DNA from: Acutalibacteraceae bacterium
GTDB lineage: Bacteria > Bacillota > Clostridia > Oscillospirales > Acutalibacteraceae
DNA length: 64,000 nt
Direction of reading: 5' to 3'
Assembly (NCBI GenBank): GCA_045590895.1
Contig: JAZNRU010000002.1
Location: 1,577-65,576, forward strand
Shown: positions 24,940 to 34,400 of the stretch, piece by piece
How the letters are laid out: every line of letters starts with the position of its first letter
Numbering within the stretch: position 1 is the first letter of the stretch
Notes under the pieces: model-generated
Told to the model about the DNA's origin: nothing
Seen by the model: the letters and a program-made list of their open reading frames with translations, nothing else
Databases searched by the model: none
Program-made: the position numbers and the translations under genes

Positions 24940-27900
24940 ATGAAACTCTTGAAAAAATCCATGAGTGTATTTCTGGCTGTTCTGATGCTGCTGACGGCTT
25001 GTCTGCCTGCTTTCCACGGCTCGGCGGCTGTGATTGTTTACAGCGAACAGTACAATGCACTTGCCACCCTGCTGGCAAATGAGCACGTTCGCGATCTGAA
25101 CAATTATGAGATCGAGAATAAAAAATCCGAGGACATCGTTACGGAAGGTTTCAATACCGATGCAGGTGCATTTGCATATTCGCATACCGTTTACGCCAAG
25201 GACGACGTGGAGAACTCAATTCTCAAAGCCGCAAACCGTTTTTACTATATTGCGGAATCCGTTATGAGTTACACACACGGCGTCGGTATTTATTCTGCTG
25301 AACTGCTTTATGCGGAGATTCAGAATAATCTGAAGCCTTACTTTGATAAGATCAAAGATTCCGGCTGGCTGGATATGAACAATCAGCCGGTAACGCCCAC
25401 CGTTGCCGAACGTAACAAGTATTATGAAGTCATGAATCAGCTCGGCAACCGTTTTGATAAGGACAACCTTATCACCATGGGTGTGACCGTGTATTACAGC
25501 GAAAGCATTGATTACTATGTTGACGTTTACGGCAACCGTTTTTATCCCACGGATGAGGAACTGGAAACGTATGATGAGGCTGTTGCGGAATTTATTGATC
25601 GCGGTGCAACGCCTACGATCAACGATATGACCGAACGCGGTATTAATTTCGTCAAGGTCAATCCTTACGATTATTACAACGTAGCCGCTATTCTGCGTTA
25701 TTTCATGGGTACGGGCAGTTACACGAATGCAGGTAACTGGTATCATGACTTTGACTTTATCGTTACCACCGATACCGAAACCGTTCTGATGGCAATGGAC
25801 TCTCTGAACAGTTATGCCGATAACGTGATCACCGTTACCACAGGTATCTACCGTTTCCGTTATCAGCGTCAGTATGCCGCAAACGGTACCACGGCACAGT
25901 ATTTCTTCAAGCCCGTTGATAACAGAGATACCTATGTTCAGTACGGTGTCGAATATAACCTTGCATCTTCTCCTGCAAAACTTTCTTATCTCGAAGAAGG
26001 GGAAGGAACGGTCGGACAGGCTGCATACTTCTATACTGCCGAGCGTAAGGATGAAAGCACCATCCCGGAACTCATCTCCATGAACAATATGTTCAACTCC
26101 ATCTTCTATTCCAAACCGTCTTCGGCATACGCAACGCTTCCGAGCGGTTATAATCCGAGCGGTTATAATTACTATATCGGTGATACGTGGGATTCCCAGT
26201 TCCTTTTGTTTACGAATGACCAGTTGAATCATCTTGATGAATACAAGCAGACGGTCAATCAGATCGATCTCTACCGTGCCCGTCAGGCTGCCGAAAGCCT
26301 TACGCAGATGTATTCCAATGATGTTCTTATACATCTGTTCCCCGGTACCATCGGTAATATCAAAAACCTGCAGTATCAGTTGACGGCAGGCAATGCGGTT
26401 CCGAGCCGTACCGTACGCGGAGAAGCCACCTACACGGCGAGCATAAGCCGTCTGGATTCCATCGTGTTCCAGTTTGACGCTTTGTTCACGAACGAAGACG
26501 TGATGTCAACGGTCAATATGTTCCTGAGTGACACCATGAACGATCTGTTTGAAGGAACTCCCGCCGAAGGGCATACGTACTCGACCGCACAGGATCTCGT
26601 CAAGGTTCTGCTCAAAGGTATGCTGTATTCCGACGATATGTGTACCATGGTGGTCAGCGGTCTTTATCCTCTGCTTGCAAATCTTCTTCTCGACCTGTTC
26701 GAGAAAGCGGAAGGTTTTTCCGGTACTTTGAATTCCCTTGTTAACTGGGCATTGTCGAGTTTGAATGCTGCTCTGACACCCGGCGATCTGGCCGACTTTC
26801 TGACGGAATATCCGTCGGCGTATGCAGCACTGAAAGCCGCCGGTTCATCCATGGATTCATGGAACAACGTCCGTTGGGGCAACGTGACGTGGGAAAAGAG
26901 AGACGGTACCAAAATTACCGACCGTGAAACCTTTGCCGCTGCTTTGTCCGCAACGTTCCGCGGACTTCGCGTTGCCGTTCTTTGTCTTTTCTGTAACGAC
27001 GATAAGTGGCGTCTCGGTTTGCTTGGTGAAGGTGTAAATATCCGTGAACAGGCAGGTTACAGAGATCTGCTCCTGCCCTTGCTGGAGGCTCTCGGTCTGC
27101 AACAGGCTGCCGGTGCTGCAAACAACGACAACCTTGCCGCAGGTCTGTGCTACAGTGCAGAGGATTATAAGGAACGTGCACACGAAGAACGCCTGAACGG
27201 TGACTCTTATCTGCTTGATATTCTGATCCCGCTTCTGAAATGGGTAGAGGAGATCGTTGCGATCAAACCCATTGAAACGATCTGTCAGTTGCTTCCCAAC
27301 CTTGTAAACTTCATCATCCGCGATACGGGCGATAACCTTCTGGATTGTATCAATAAAGTTGAAATTCAAATCTATACCACGTCTTTCCACATCGTTACAT
27401 TGAAGATTCCCGAACTGCTGGGTGACATCGGTACCGCTTTGGATTCTCTGAATCACCTGTTGGCTGAACTCATCGGCTTCTCAGTTAAGGATGAAGAAGG
27501 CAATGAGATCCCGTATTATCTGCCCAAGATCCATGAGAAGAAACTCATTGAAAGCGGCACGATGAACGAGAGACACACCATTGACGTGGAGCATCCCGGT
27601 TACGTATTCCTGTTCCTGTTGCGATATGTGCTGACTGCCGTTGGTTACCGCTATGATATCTCCAATGAAAAACTGCCTTACGTGATTGAATGCTTGGGCA
27701 TTTCCATGGACGGCGAGTTATTTATGGGTATGACGTTCGGCGATCTTATCTACAATATCATGCTGCATCCGGACGAAGCACTGTGTGCATTGCTTGAACT
27801 GTTCTATCCGAACGAATACGGCAATCTGTATGAAGATGTTCCGTATACCTATCCGCTGAGTCAGATCCGTTTCTATCAGAATACACTGCTGAATAAGACG

Positions 27901-29796
27901 CTCAATCCCAGACTCAGCTACGGTGCACCCGTTATTTATTCCGAACTCTGGACACAGTCCATGGCAACCGAAGTCGTGCATGATCTCGGCCCGCTTGTTG
28001 ACAACGTTCTGAAACTCATTGGCGTAGAAGGCATGGAGGACGGTCTGAGTGCTTTCCTTGAAGATCTGATCTACGGTTATATTTCCGATGATACGGTCAA
28101 TATGCTCTTCAATATGCTCTATCAGCTTCTCAGCGGTGTGGACGGTTCTTTGGGTGACATCAACGTCATTGCATTGCTCGATCATATTTTCAGTGTTGAA
28201 TTTACGCCCGACCGTGCCGCACGCCGTGTCTATGCAATGCTCGGTTATGAACCGCAGTATGATCTGTATCCCGAAGTTACCGAAACGGAAGAAACTCCCG
28301 CAGAAGGAGAAGGTACGGGAACGGAAGAACCTGTGCAACCGCTTGCATCTTATACGACGCTGTATTCCATGCAATCGTGGGACGATGTTTTTGCTCCCTA
28401 TACGTACGATCCCGATCTGGGTACCGATGTCCGTGTGCTGACCGATGCCAATTACAACTGGGGTATCAGCGAAGCGGAAGAACACGGTATGACAAAGGGT
28501 GAAGCCTTTATCCGTGTTCTGTCGGCTCTGCTCTCTCCCGCATCGTTCATTTTTGAATTCCTTATGCTCGATCAGCCTTTGAGTGTATTCGGTCTGATCT
28601 CTCTGCCCTCTTATGCAGGTTATCAGTATACGTTCATTGCATTGCTGGAACTGCTGACCTGTCCTGCAAATATGATCGCGACGTATGATGAATACTACGA
28701 AGCAACGATCAAACTGAAAGAAACAGGCTATCAGGCAGACCTTGACCTTGCGGAATGCAATACTTTCTATTATATCCTCAAACCCATTCTCGGACTTGTG
28801 GATAAGGCAATCGCAGATCCTGTCAATACGGTATTCAATCTTTTGCCGAATCTGATGTTCTTCATCTCCATCGGTGCTATGAACGATCTTGTCAATAATC
28901 TCGTTCATTTTGCATATATCCTTCTGGATATCGTCAAGCCGATCTTCAACGCCTATGATCTTGTAAACGATCTGCTTTCCAACATTGACCTCGGCGGATT
29001 TACGCTGAATCTGAGTCTGCCGTTGGATATTGACTTCAACTCCGTTATCAGCGGTCTGCTCGGTTCCTTGCTCGGCAGTGCGATTGTGCTCGGCACAAAA
29101 GAAGTGAAAGATGAAAACGGCAATGTGATCGGAGAAGAAGATATAACGCTGACCTTGCCTTATATTGACTTCTATACCCTTTGTGCCGGTTCTCTTGAAC
29201 GTTTTGATTCCAAAGAAATGCGTCGCATCGTCCGTCTGGATGCGGCCGGCGGCGGCGACTTGCTGACGGCGTTGCTGAGACTTGTCGTTTCCGTCCTGTT
29301 TATGGAAGAAAACCTGGATGCAGTGATCTCGTTGTTGTTTACGGTTTCTACCAATTTTGATGAGTACGACAAGGAAACGATCGAAATCCTGCTTTCCGAA
29401 CTCAGCACTATGATGACGGATACCTTCGGTATTGAAAGCATACCGGCAGAAGACCTTATTATGGTGGTGCTTTATCATCTGATTACAAAAGTGACTTCTC
29501 TGTCCACAACGCTTGTTGATCTGTTGGCAGATTCGGGACTTACCATTATGGATCTCGTTGCGGTTATCGGTTCTATCGGCAGTGTGGAGGATATCGGCAT
29601 TCTGTTTGATTTTATCGACAGTCTGGGTAATGATGATCCCTATCAGCCCGACAACAATGAAGACGGTATTCCCGATGATCCGCAATCCGGCGGCGGTGTT
29701 GACAACGGAGCAGCTGCTATGTCTATTTTTGATAAGATCAAAGCATTCTTTGAAAAGATCATTCTGTTCATCAAAAAGACCTTAGGGCTTGCGTAA
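24940..29796 (+). CDS. Giant secreted hypothetical protein (1618 aa), no recognisable domain
   Basis: The ATG at 24940 lies 8 nt after AAAGGAG. Signal peptide MKLLKKSMSVFLAVLMLLTACLPAFHGSAAV. The frame is uninterrupted, with a consensus promoter upstream and a strong terminator downstream. Confidence 0.75.
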   Translation: MKLLKKSMSVFLAVLMLLTACLPAFHGSAAVIVYSEQYNALATLLANEHVRDLNNYEIENKKSEDIVTEGFNTDAGAFAYSHTVYAKDDVENSILKAANRFYYIAESVMSYTHGVGIYSAELLYAEIQNNLKPYFDKIKDSGWLDMNNQPVTPTVAERNKYYEVMNQLGNRFDKDNLITMGVTVYYSESIDYYVDVYGNRFYPTDEELETYDEAVAEFIDRGATPTINDMTERGINFVKVNPYDYYNVAAILRYFMGTGSYTNAGNWYHDFDFIVTTDTETVLMAMDSLNSYADNVITVTTGIYRFRYQRQYAANGTTAQYFFKPVDNRDTYVQYGVEYNLASSPAKLSYLEEGEGTVGQAAYFYTAERKDESTIPELISMNNMFNSIFYSKPSSAYATLPSGYNPSGYNYYIGDTWDSQFLLFTNDQLNHLDEYKQTVNQIDLYRARQAAESLTQMYSNDVLIHLFPGTIGNIKNLQYQLTAGNAVPSRTVRGEATYTASISRLDSIVFQFDALFTNEDVMSTVNMFLSDTMNDLFEGTPAEGHTYSTAQDLVKVLLKGMLYSDDMCTMVVSGLYPLLANLLLDLFEKAEGFSGTLNSLVNWALSSLNAALTPGDLADFLTEYPSAYAALKAAGSSMDSWNNVRWGNVTWEKRDGTKITDRETFAAALSATFRGLRVAVLCLFCNDDKWRLGLLGEGVNIREQAGYRDLLLPLLEALGLQQAAGAANNDNLAAGLCYSAEDYKERAHEERLNGDSYLLDILIPLLKWVEEIVAIKPIETICQLLPNLVNFIIRDTGDNLLDCINKVEIQIYTTSFHIVTLKIPELLGDIGTALDSLNHLLAELIGFSVKDEEGNEIPYYLPKIHEKKLIESGTMNERHTIDVEHPGYVFLFLLRYVLTAVGYRYDISNEKLPYVIECLGISMDGELFMGMTFGDLIYNIMLHPDEALCALLELFYPNEYGNLYEDVPYTYPLSQIRFYQNTLLNKTLNPRLSYGAPVIYSELWTQSMATEVVHDLGPLVDNVLKLIGVEGMEDGLSAFLEDLIYGYISDDTVNMLFNMLYQLLSGVDGSLGDINVIALLDHIFSVEFTPDRAARRVYAMLGYEPQYDLYPEVTETEETPAEGEGTGTEEPVQPLASYTTLYSMQSWDDVFAPYTYDPDLGTDVRVLTDANYNWGISEAEEHGMTKGEAFIRVLSALLSPASFIFEFLMLDQPLSVFGLISLPSYAGYQYTFIALLELLTCPANMIATYDEYYEATIKLKETGYQADLDLAECNTFYYILKPILGLVDKAIADPVNTVFNLLPNLMFFISIGAMNDLVNNLVHFAYILLDIVKPIFNAYDLVNDLLSNIDLGGFTLNLSLPLDIDFNSVISGLLGSLLGSAIVLGTKEVKDENGNVIGEEDITLTLPYIDFYTLCAGSLERFDSKEMRRIVRLDAAGGGDLLTALLRLVVSVLFMEENLDAVISLLFTVSTNFDEYDKETIEILLSELSTMMTDTFGIESIPAEDLIMVVLYHLITKVTSLSTTLVDLLADSGLTIMDLVAVIGSIGSVEDIGILFDFIDSLGNDDPYQPDNNEDGIPDDPQSGGGVDNGAAAMSIFDKIKAFFEKIILFIKKTLGLA
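29665..29796 (+). other. C-terminal 'PDDP linker + K/F/I amphipathic helix' module
   Basis: GIPDDPQSGGGVDNGAAAMSIFDKIKAFFEKIILFIKKTLGLA*. It aligns with the tail at 702-881. Confidence 0.5.
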
Positions 29797-29811
29797 GCCC
29801 CGCATGAAAAA

Positions 29812-29853
29812 TAAAAGATCCTGTGAGGGATTTCCCTCGCAGGATCTTTTTTG
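29812..29853. terminator. Bidirectional rho-independent terminator
   Basis: 18-bp stem AAAAGATCCTGTGAGGGA pairing with TCCCTCGCAGGATCTTTT, followed by TTTT. It lies between the convergent giant ORF and lexA. Confidence 0.85.
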
Positions 29854-29862
29854 GTGTGCATT

Positions 29863-30453
29863 TTAATAGTAGCGAATCAACGAAACAAGTTTGCCGAGAA
29901 TAATGACTTCATCGGAAATAATGGGTTCGTAGGCATCGTTTTCGGGTTGCAGACGGAACTGACCGTTTTCTTTGTAAAAACGTTTCACCGTGGCTTCATC
30001 GTTGAGAAGTGCAACCACGATTTCGCCGTTTGAAGCATAAGGTGTTTTTTCGGCAATCACGATGTCGTTGTTCAGAATGCCTGCGTTTACCATGCTGTCG
30101 CCGCGAACACGCAGTGCGAACAGAGATTTGTCCTTGGATACCGTACCGCCGTAGGGGACGTAGCCTTCGATGGCTTCCACGGCAAGAATGGGCATACCTG
30201 CCGTTACCGTACCGATCAGCGGTACCTGTGTGAAATTACTTGCATTGCCGCGTACGCGGATGGAACGCTTGAGCATGGGATCGCGTTCGATGTACCCTGC
30301 TTCTTCGAGGGCATCCAGATTGGCTTGCACGGAGGAGGTGGATTTCAAGCCCACCGCCGCACCGATCTCACGTACCGAAGGCGGCACACCGTTCTGCGAG
30401 CGTTCGGACAGGTATTCATAGATTTTCTGCTGGGTAGAATTCAGACCTTTCAT
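29863..30453 (-). CDS. lexA: LexA repressor (S24 peptidase)
   Basis: Winged-helix N-terminus LNSTQQKIYEYL..GVPPSVREIGAAVGLKSTSSV, Ala-Gly cleavage site (VTAGMP), GDSM Ser and VKRF Lys. The start is ATG 30453 (or 30459), downstream of AAAGGAG. Confidence 0.9.
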   Translation of the reverse strand: MKGLNSTQQKIYEYLSERSQNGVPPSVREIGAAVGLKSTSSVQANLDALEEAGYIERDPMLKRSIRVRGNASNFTQVPLIGTVTAGMPILAVEAIEGYVPYGGTVSKDKSLFALRVRGDSMVNAGILNNDIVIAEKTPYASNGEIVVALLNDEATVKRFYKENGQFRLQPENDAYEPIISDEVIILGKLVSLIRYY

Positions 30454-30498
30454 GTGCATCATACTCCTTTCTGATAAGATAAATCTTATTTCATTTAT

Positions 30499-30527
30499 AG
30501 TATAGCACAAATGTTTTCAAAAAGCAA
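30499..30527 (-). promoter_or_regulatory. lexA promoter
   Basis: On the minus strand: TTGCTT (30527-30522), 17-nt spacer, TATACT (30504-30499). Both SOS boxes overlap it. Confidence 0.55.
30505..30516. promoter_or_regulatory. SOS (LexA/DinR) box 1
   Basis: The minus strand reads AAACATTTGTGC, which matches the Firmicute consensus GAAC-N4-GTTC/GAACATATGTTC at 9 of 12 positions. It fills the promoter spacer next to the -10. Confidence 0.55.
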
Positions 30528-30537
30528 ACATTTGTTT
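30526..30537. promoter_or_regulatory. SOS (LexA/DinR) box 2
   Basis: AAACATTTGTTT (AAAC-N4-GTTT), also 9 of 12 to consensus. It overlaps the -35. The 10-nt cores of boxes 1 and 2 (ACAAATGTTT and AAACATTTGT) are exact reverse complements. Confidence 0.55.
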
Positions 30538-30624
30538 GTAAAAAAGTGAAAATTTTTTTAATCTTTTTCAAGAACGGTATAAAACACGTCTTGCAGGTAA
30601 AACTTGCAAACGGAGGTGTTCATA

Positions 30625-31410
30625 ATGATGATCAATGATACAGAAAAAAAGAAAAACCAAAAATCCCGCAGTTTCGGCATTCTGTTGGGTGCGTGTGTGT
30701 TTGCACTGGCGTTGGGTGCATTTACACAGGTCATAACGCAAACGGACGATCCCTTGCAGCAGGTACAGGAACAGGCGAGCGAAAGTGCAGAAGCTTTGGA
30801 TACCGTGCCGCAGCAGGTGCAGACCAGTGAGCAGAACGTCGGCTGGACACCGCAGGAATTTGCCTCTCTTGCGGACAGCATTTTTGAAGAAGAAAGTCAG
30901 AAAGCGGATGCTGTTTTTGAAGATCTGACAGAACAACAAGCGGAAGCCGCAGATGCCACGCCCGTGGACGGTCCCGTTTCCGTACAGCAGGAATATCTTT
31001 TGCCGTGCGGAACGGACATCGTAAACGATTTCAGCATGGGTATTCCCGTTTTTTCGGATACCATGCAGGATTGGAGAACGCACAACGGCGTTGATTTCGG
31101 CGGGAACGAAGGGGATCCCGTTATTGCGATCGCAGATGCAAAAGTGTTGTCGGTATCCGAAGATGCATCCTGGGGCGGCGTGGTCGAGTTGGATCTCGGT
31201 AACGGTGTGACTGCAAAATACGCAGGTCTGCAATTTGATTCCGTTTCTCTTTCTGCAGGCGATCAGGTTGCAGGCGGCGACGTGATCGGTACGCTCGGAA
31301 AAACGCCCGTAGAGGAAAAACAGGGTTGTCATCTGCATTTTGAAATGCGTGTCAACGGTGAAATAGCCGATCCGATCGAATTGCTCGGTCGCGGCGGAGA
31401 AGATGAATAA
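30625..31410 (+). CDS. Membrane-anchored M23 (LytM-type) metallopeptidase
   Basis: The ATG at 30625 lies 8 nt after GGAGG. N-terminal TM helix FGILLGACVFALALGAFTQV. M23 motifs HNGVD (HxxxD) and HLH (HxH) are intact. Confidence 0.8.
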   Translation: MMINDTEKKKNQKSRSFGILLGACVFALALGAFTQVITQTDDPLQQVQEQASESAEALDTVPQQVQTSEQNVGWTPQEFASLADSIFEEESQKADAVFEDLTEQQAEAADATPVDGPVSVQQEYLLPCGTDIVNDFSMGIPVFSDTMQDWRTHNGVDFGGNEGDPVIAIADAKVLSVSEDASWGGVVELDLGNGVTAKYAGLQFDSVSLSAGDQVAGGDVIGTLGKTPVEEKQGCHLHFEMRVNGEIADPIELLGRGGEDE

Positions 31411-31412
31411 AA

Positions 31413-31450
31413 AGAACAGGTTGCCGTTTGTGTGCGGCAACCTGTTTTGC
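31413..31450. terminator. Bidirectional terminator
   Basis: AACAGGTTGCCG (31415-31426) pairs with CGGCAACCTGTT (31435-31446), flanked by A- and T-rich runs. Confidence 0.8.
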
Positions 31451-31484
31451 ATAATATTATAATGTAATAATATAATAGGAGGTC

Positions 31485-34400
31485 TTATTCGTATCTGCTG
31501 TCAAGTTCACCCTTGAAGATCTTGCGGATCTCAACCAGCTCAAGATCGGAAAGACCGACCGAACAACGAAGAATGCGTCTTGCATCGTCCACGCCGATCT
31601 CTCCGTCGCCGTTGAAGTCAGCGGCAAGAAGTGTCAGATCGGAAACCGTCTTCCAATCCAGACCGACGGCAAGGCGAAGAGCGGTTCTTGCATCTGCGGG
31701 GGTAAATTCACCGTCAACGTTAGCATCACCGGACATATATTCGAACTTTGTCTTGGTCAGTGCGGTTTTGTCGCAGATGTAAAGTTCGCCGTTTTCATCG
31801 TATGTGTAAGCGGTGAACGTCAACGTCGTACCGTCCACGGTAATGGCGGAGAACATTGCGTTTTCGAGGTTTTCATCGTCATCAAGCGGGAAATCATAGT
31901 AACTGTTGGGGAAGTATTCGCTTGTTTCGGAAACATCCGCAGGATTGTATTTCTTGACACCGCTTGTGCCGCTGCTGACGAACATGGTGCCGTCCGTGTC
32001 TTTGTAGGCTTCGTATTCAACGCCGTTGACGGTGATCGTCTCGGTGGTATGGTTGCCTACACCGTAATAAGAAACGGGCTGTGTACGCATATAAACGTGA
32101 TCGTGACCGGACAGAATGAGGTCAACGTCAAGTTCGGTAGCAAGTTCGATCACCTGTTCACGCAGGGCACAGATATCATCGTCACCCACGTGTGAACCGC
32201 AGGAATAAATGGATTTGTGCATCTGCAGAATGATCCAATCCGCATCACTTTCTGCAATATCTTCACGCATCCACGCAACCTGGTTTTCGGACAGTTCATT
32301 GCTATCGTTCAGATCATTCGTGTTCAGAACAACGAAGTGAACGTTGTTGTAATCGTAGGAGTAATACACACCCGTGTCGGTGTATTGCGGAATGCCGATG
32401 CTGTCTTCGGACAGGTGGAAGTAGTTATCCAACGCATAAGTGCCGTAGGCTTCATGGTTGCCTGCTGTGGGCATGATCGCCATGTTCATAAGATTGTCGG
32501 AGGCACTGTCAAGTCCCCATTTCCACTGCAGGAAGCCGTCACCGTGGTCAACGAAGTCACCTGTGTGGGCAATGAAAGCAGTGTCGGGATACAGTTCAAC
32601 CGCATCCTGCAGAAGATCTCCCCATACACCGTACTGTTCTTCGGTGATGGATTGCGTGTCGGACAGGTGCAGGAACGTGAATGCATCTTCGTTTCCGCCT
32701 GCGGTACGGATGATTCCCGTTTCGCTCCAATAGCCGCGTGCGGCATCACCGATACGGTAGTAGTAGGTTGTGTCGGGTGTCAGACCTGACAGTTCAATGC
32801 GGTGACGGTAGACTTCGCGTTCAACGGACATAAGTCCGATCACACCAACGTCCACACCATTGAAACTGCGTGTTTCCAAAGTGGTGAACTTTTTGACCTG
32901 TACACCCTTGGGGGTGTTGTTTTTGCCGTTGAACGTCGGTTCACTGTCGGTTTGGTACAGTTCGATGTCCGTTCCGTCCACATAATATTTTGTGTACCAG
33001 TTGAGGTTGTATGTTGTGGAGGAATCTGCACCGAACGTGCCGGAAATAATGGACGGTAACTGCATTTCATCCGTTGTCGGGGCAATTTCGATCGGGCCGC
33101 TGTAAACGTAGGTCACGTTGTTGTCAAGATCATCGTCCGTAACGCAACCGGCGATCATTTTGTAAAGCACATCGCCCACGCCGTCGATCATCTGTTCGGG
33201 GTAAATGTACTCATTCAGTAAGAAGTTGATTACTTCATCAACGGAAGAACCGTATTCAAGATTTGCAAATTTCAGCACCGTTTCTGCGAGGAACAGGTAA
33301 GAAGTGTCGGAATCCCCGCCGAGAAGTGCAAGGGTAAGATCCATCAAAGAACGCATGACGTTGATGAATGTAATCTCGCCTTCAACAAGATAGTCAAAGC
33401 ATCCGCTGTTGACGAGCACGGTGATGAATGCGTAAAGAGAATTGAATGAATCAAATTCGGGAACCACGTTGAGTTCGGAACTTACAAACAGTTCGGTCGG
33501 TCTGACTTCAATGTTTGCAAGCAAGGTGTTCATCGCAATATCGCGTACGACCACGTCAACGATTATTTCCACAAGGGGCTTTACGATCGCACCCGATTGC
33601 ATATTGGCAAGCACGTCCGTAACAAACGGATCGTCGCTGATGTTTTCGTTGCCTTCATACATATAGTAGAAAACGCTCATCAGCATATCCGCAAGCGTAC
33701 CGCCTTGGTCGGGATTGCCGAAACCGACGGTGTTTATGAACTTGGTACAGGGAATTTCACTGATCTGCAGGCTGAGCAGTTTTTCAACTGCAGGTTCCAG
33801 CACTTCATTGCAGGTCTTGACGGGATCTTCAATAAGAAGTTCCACGATCTGTGCATCCAGGTCTTCCAGGAACCACATGATGTTCTTTTCGCTGAACAGT
33901 TCAAAGTCACCGAGCATAATGCCGCCGTTGAGCAGTTCGTCAAAAATGGCGGCAAGGTCAATTTCCATCAGTCCTTCAATGAAAGGAATGATGCCGCCTG
34001 CTTCAACGATGTCTTCTGCATAGGGGATGAGCAGGTTGCGTACCATACGCATTAAATATGCGGTGGAATCGGTGTTTGCAAACTGGTTGCGGAATACTTT
34101 GATGCTTTCGGGTGTCGGACCGGTGTAATCGGCTGTCAGTTCAAACGTTTGCAGACCGTTGACTTCGTATGTATTGAAATCCGCCGTATAGGATTTTGCT
34201 GTCTTATCGTAGGAAATGGAAGTCAGACGGTAAGCGGCGGGGAATTCCGTCAGCGTGGGGGTGATGATGCTGTACATCACTTCGCCGGCATCGGAATAGG
34301 TGATATCAATGTCGCTGACGTGTTCGTGTCCGCTGAAAACGTAATGCAGACCTGCATCGGCAAGTTGTTCCTGCAGTTTGTAATGTTCGTCAATGACGAA

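Noticed and set aside
27718-29685. 655-aa minus-strand ORF (and 372 aa at 25216-26334) inside the giant gene
   Set aside because: These are shadow ORFs antisense to a gene with signal peptide, RBS, promoter and terminator. Their translations are rich in Ile, Arg, Phe, Gln and His with no motifs, and no start context.
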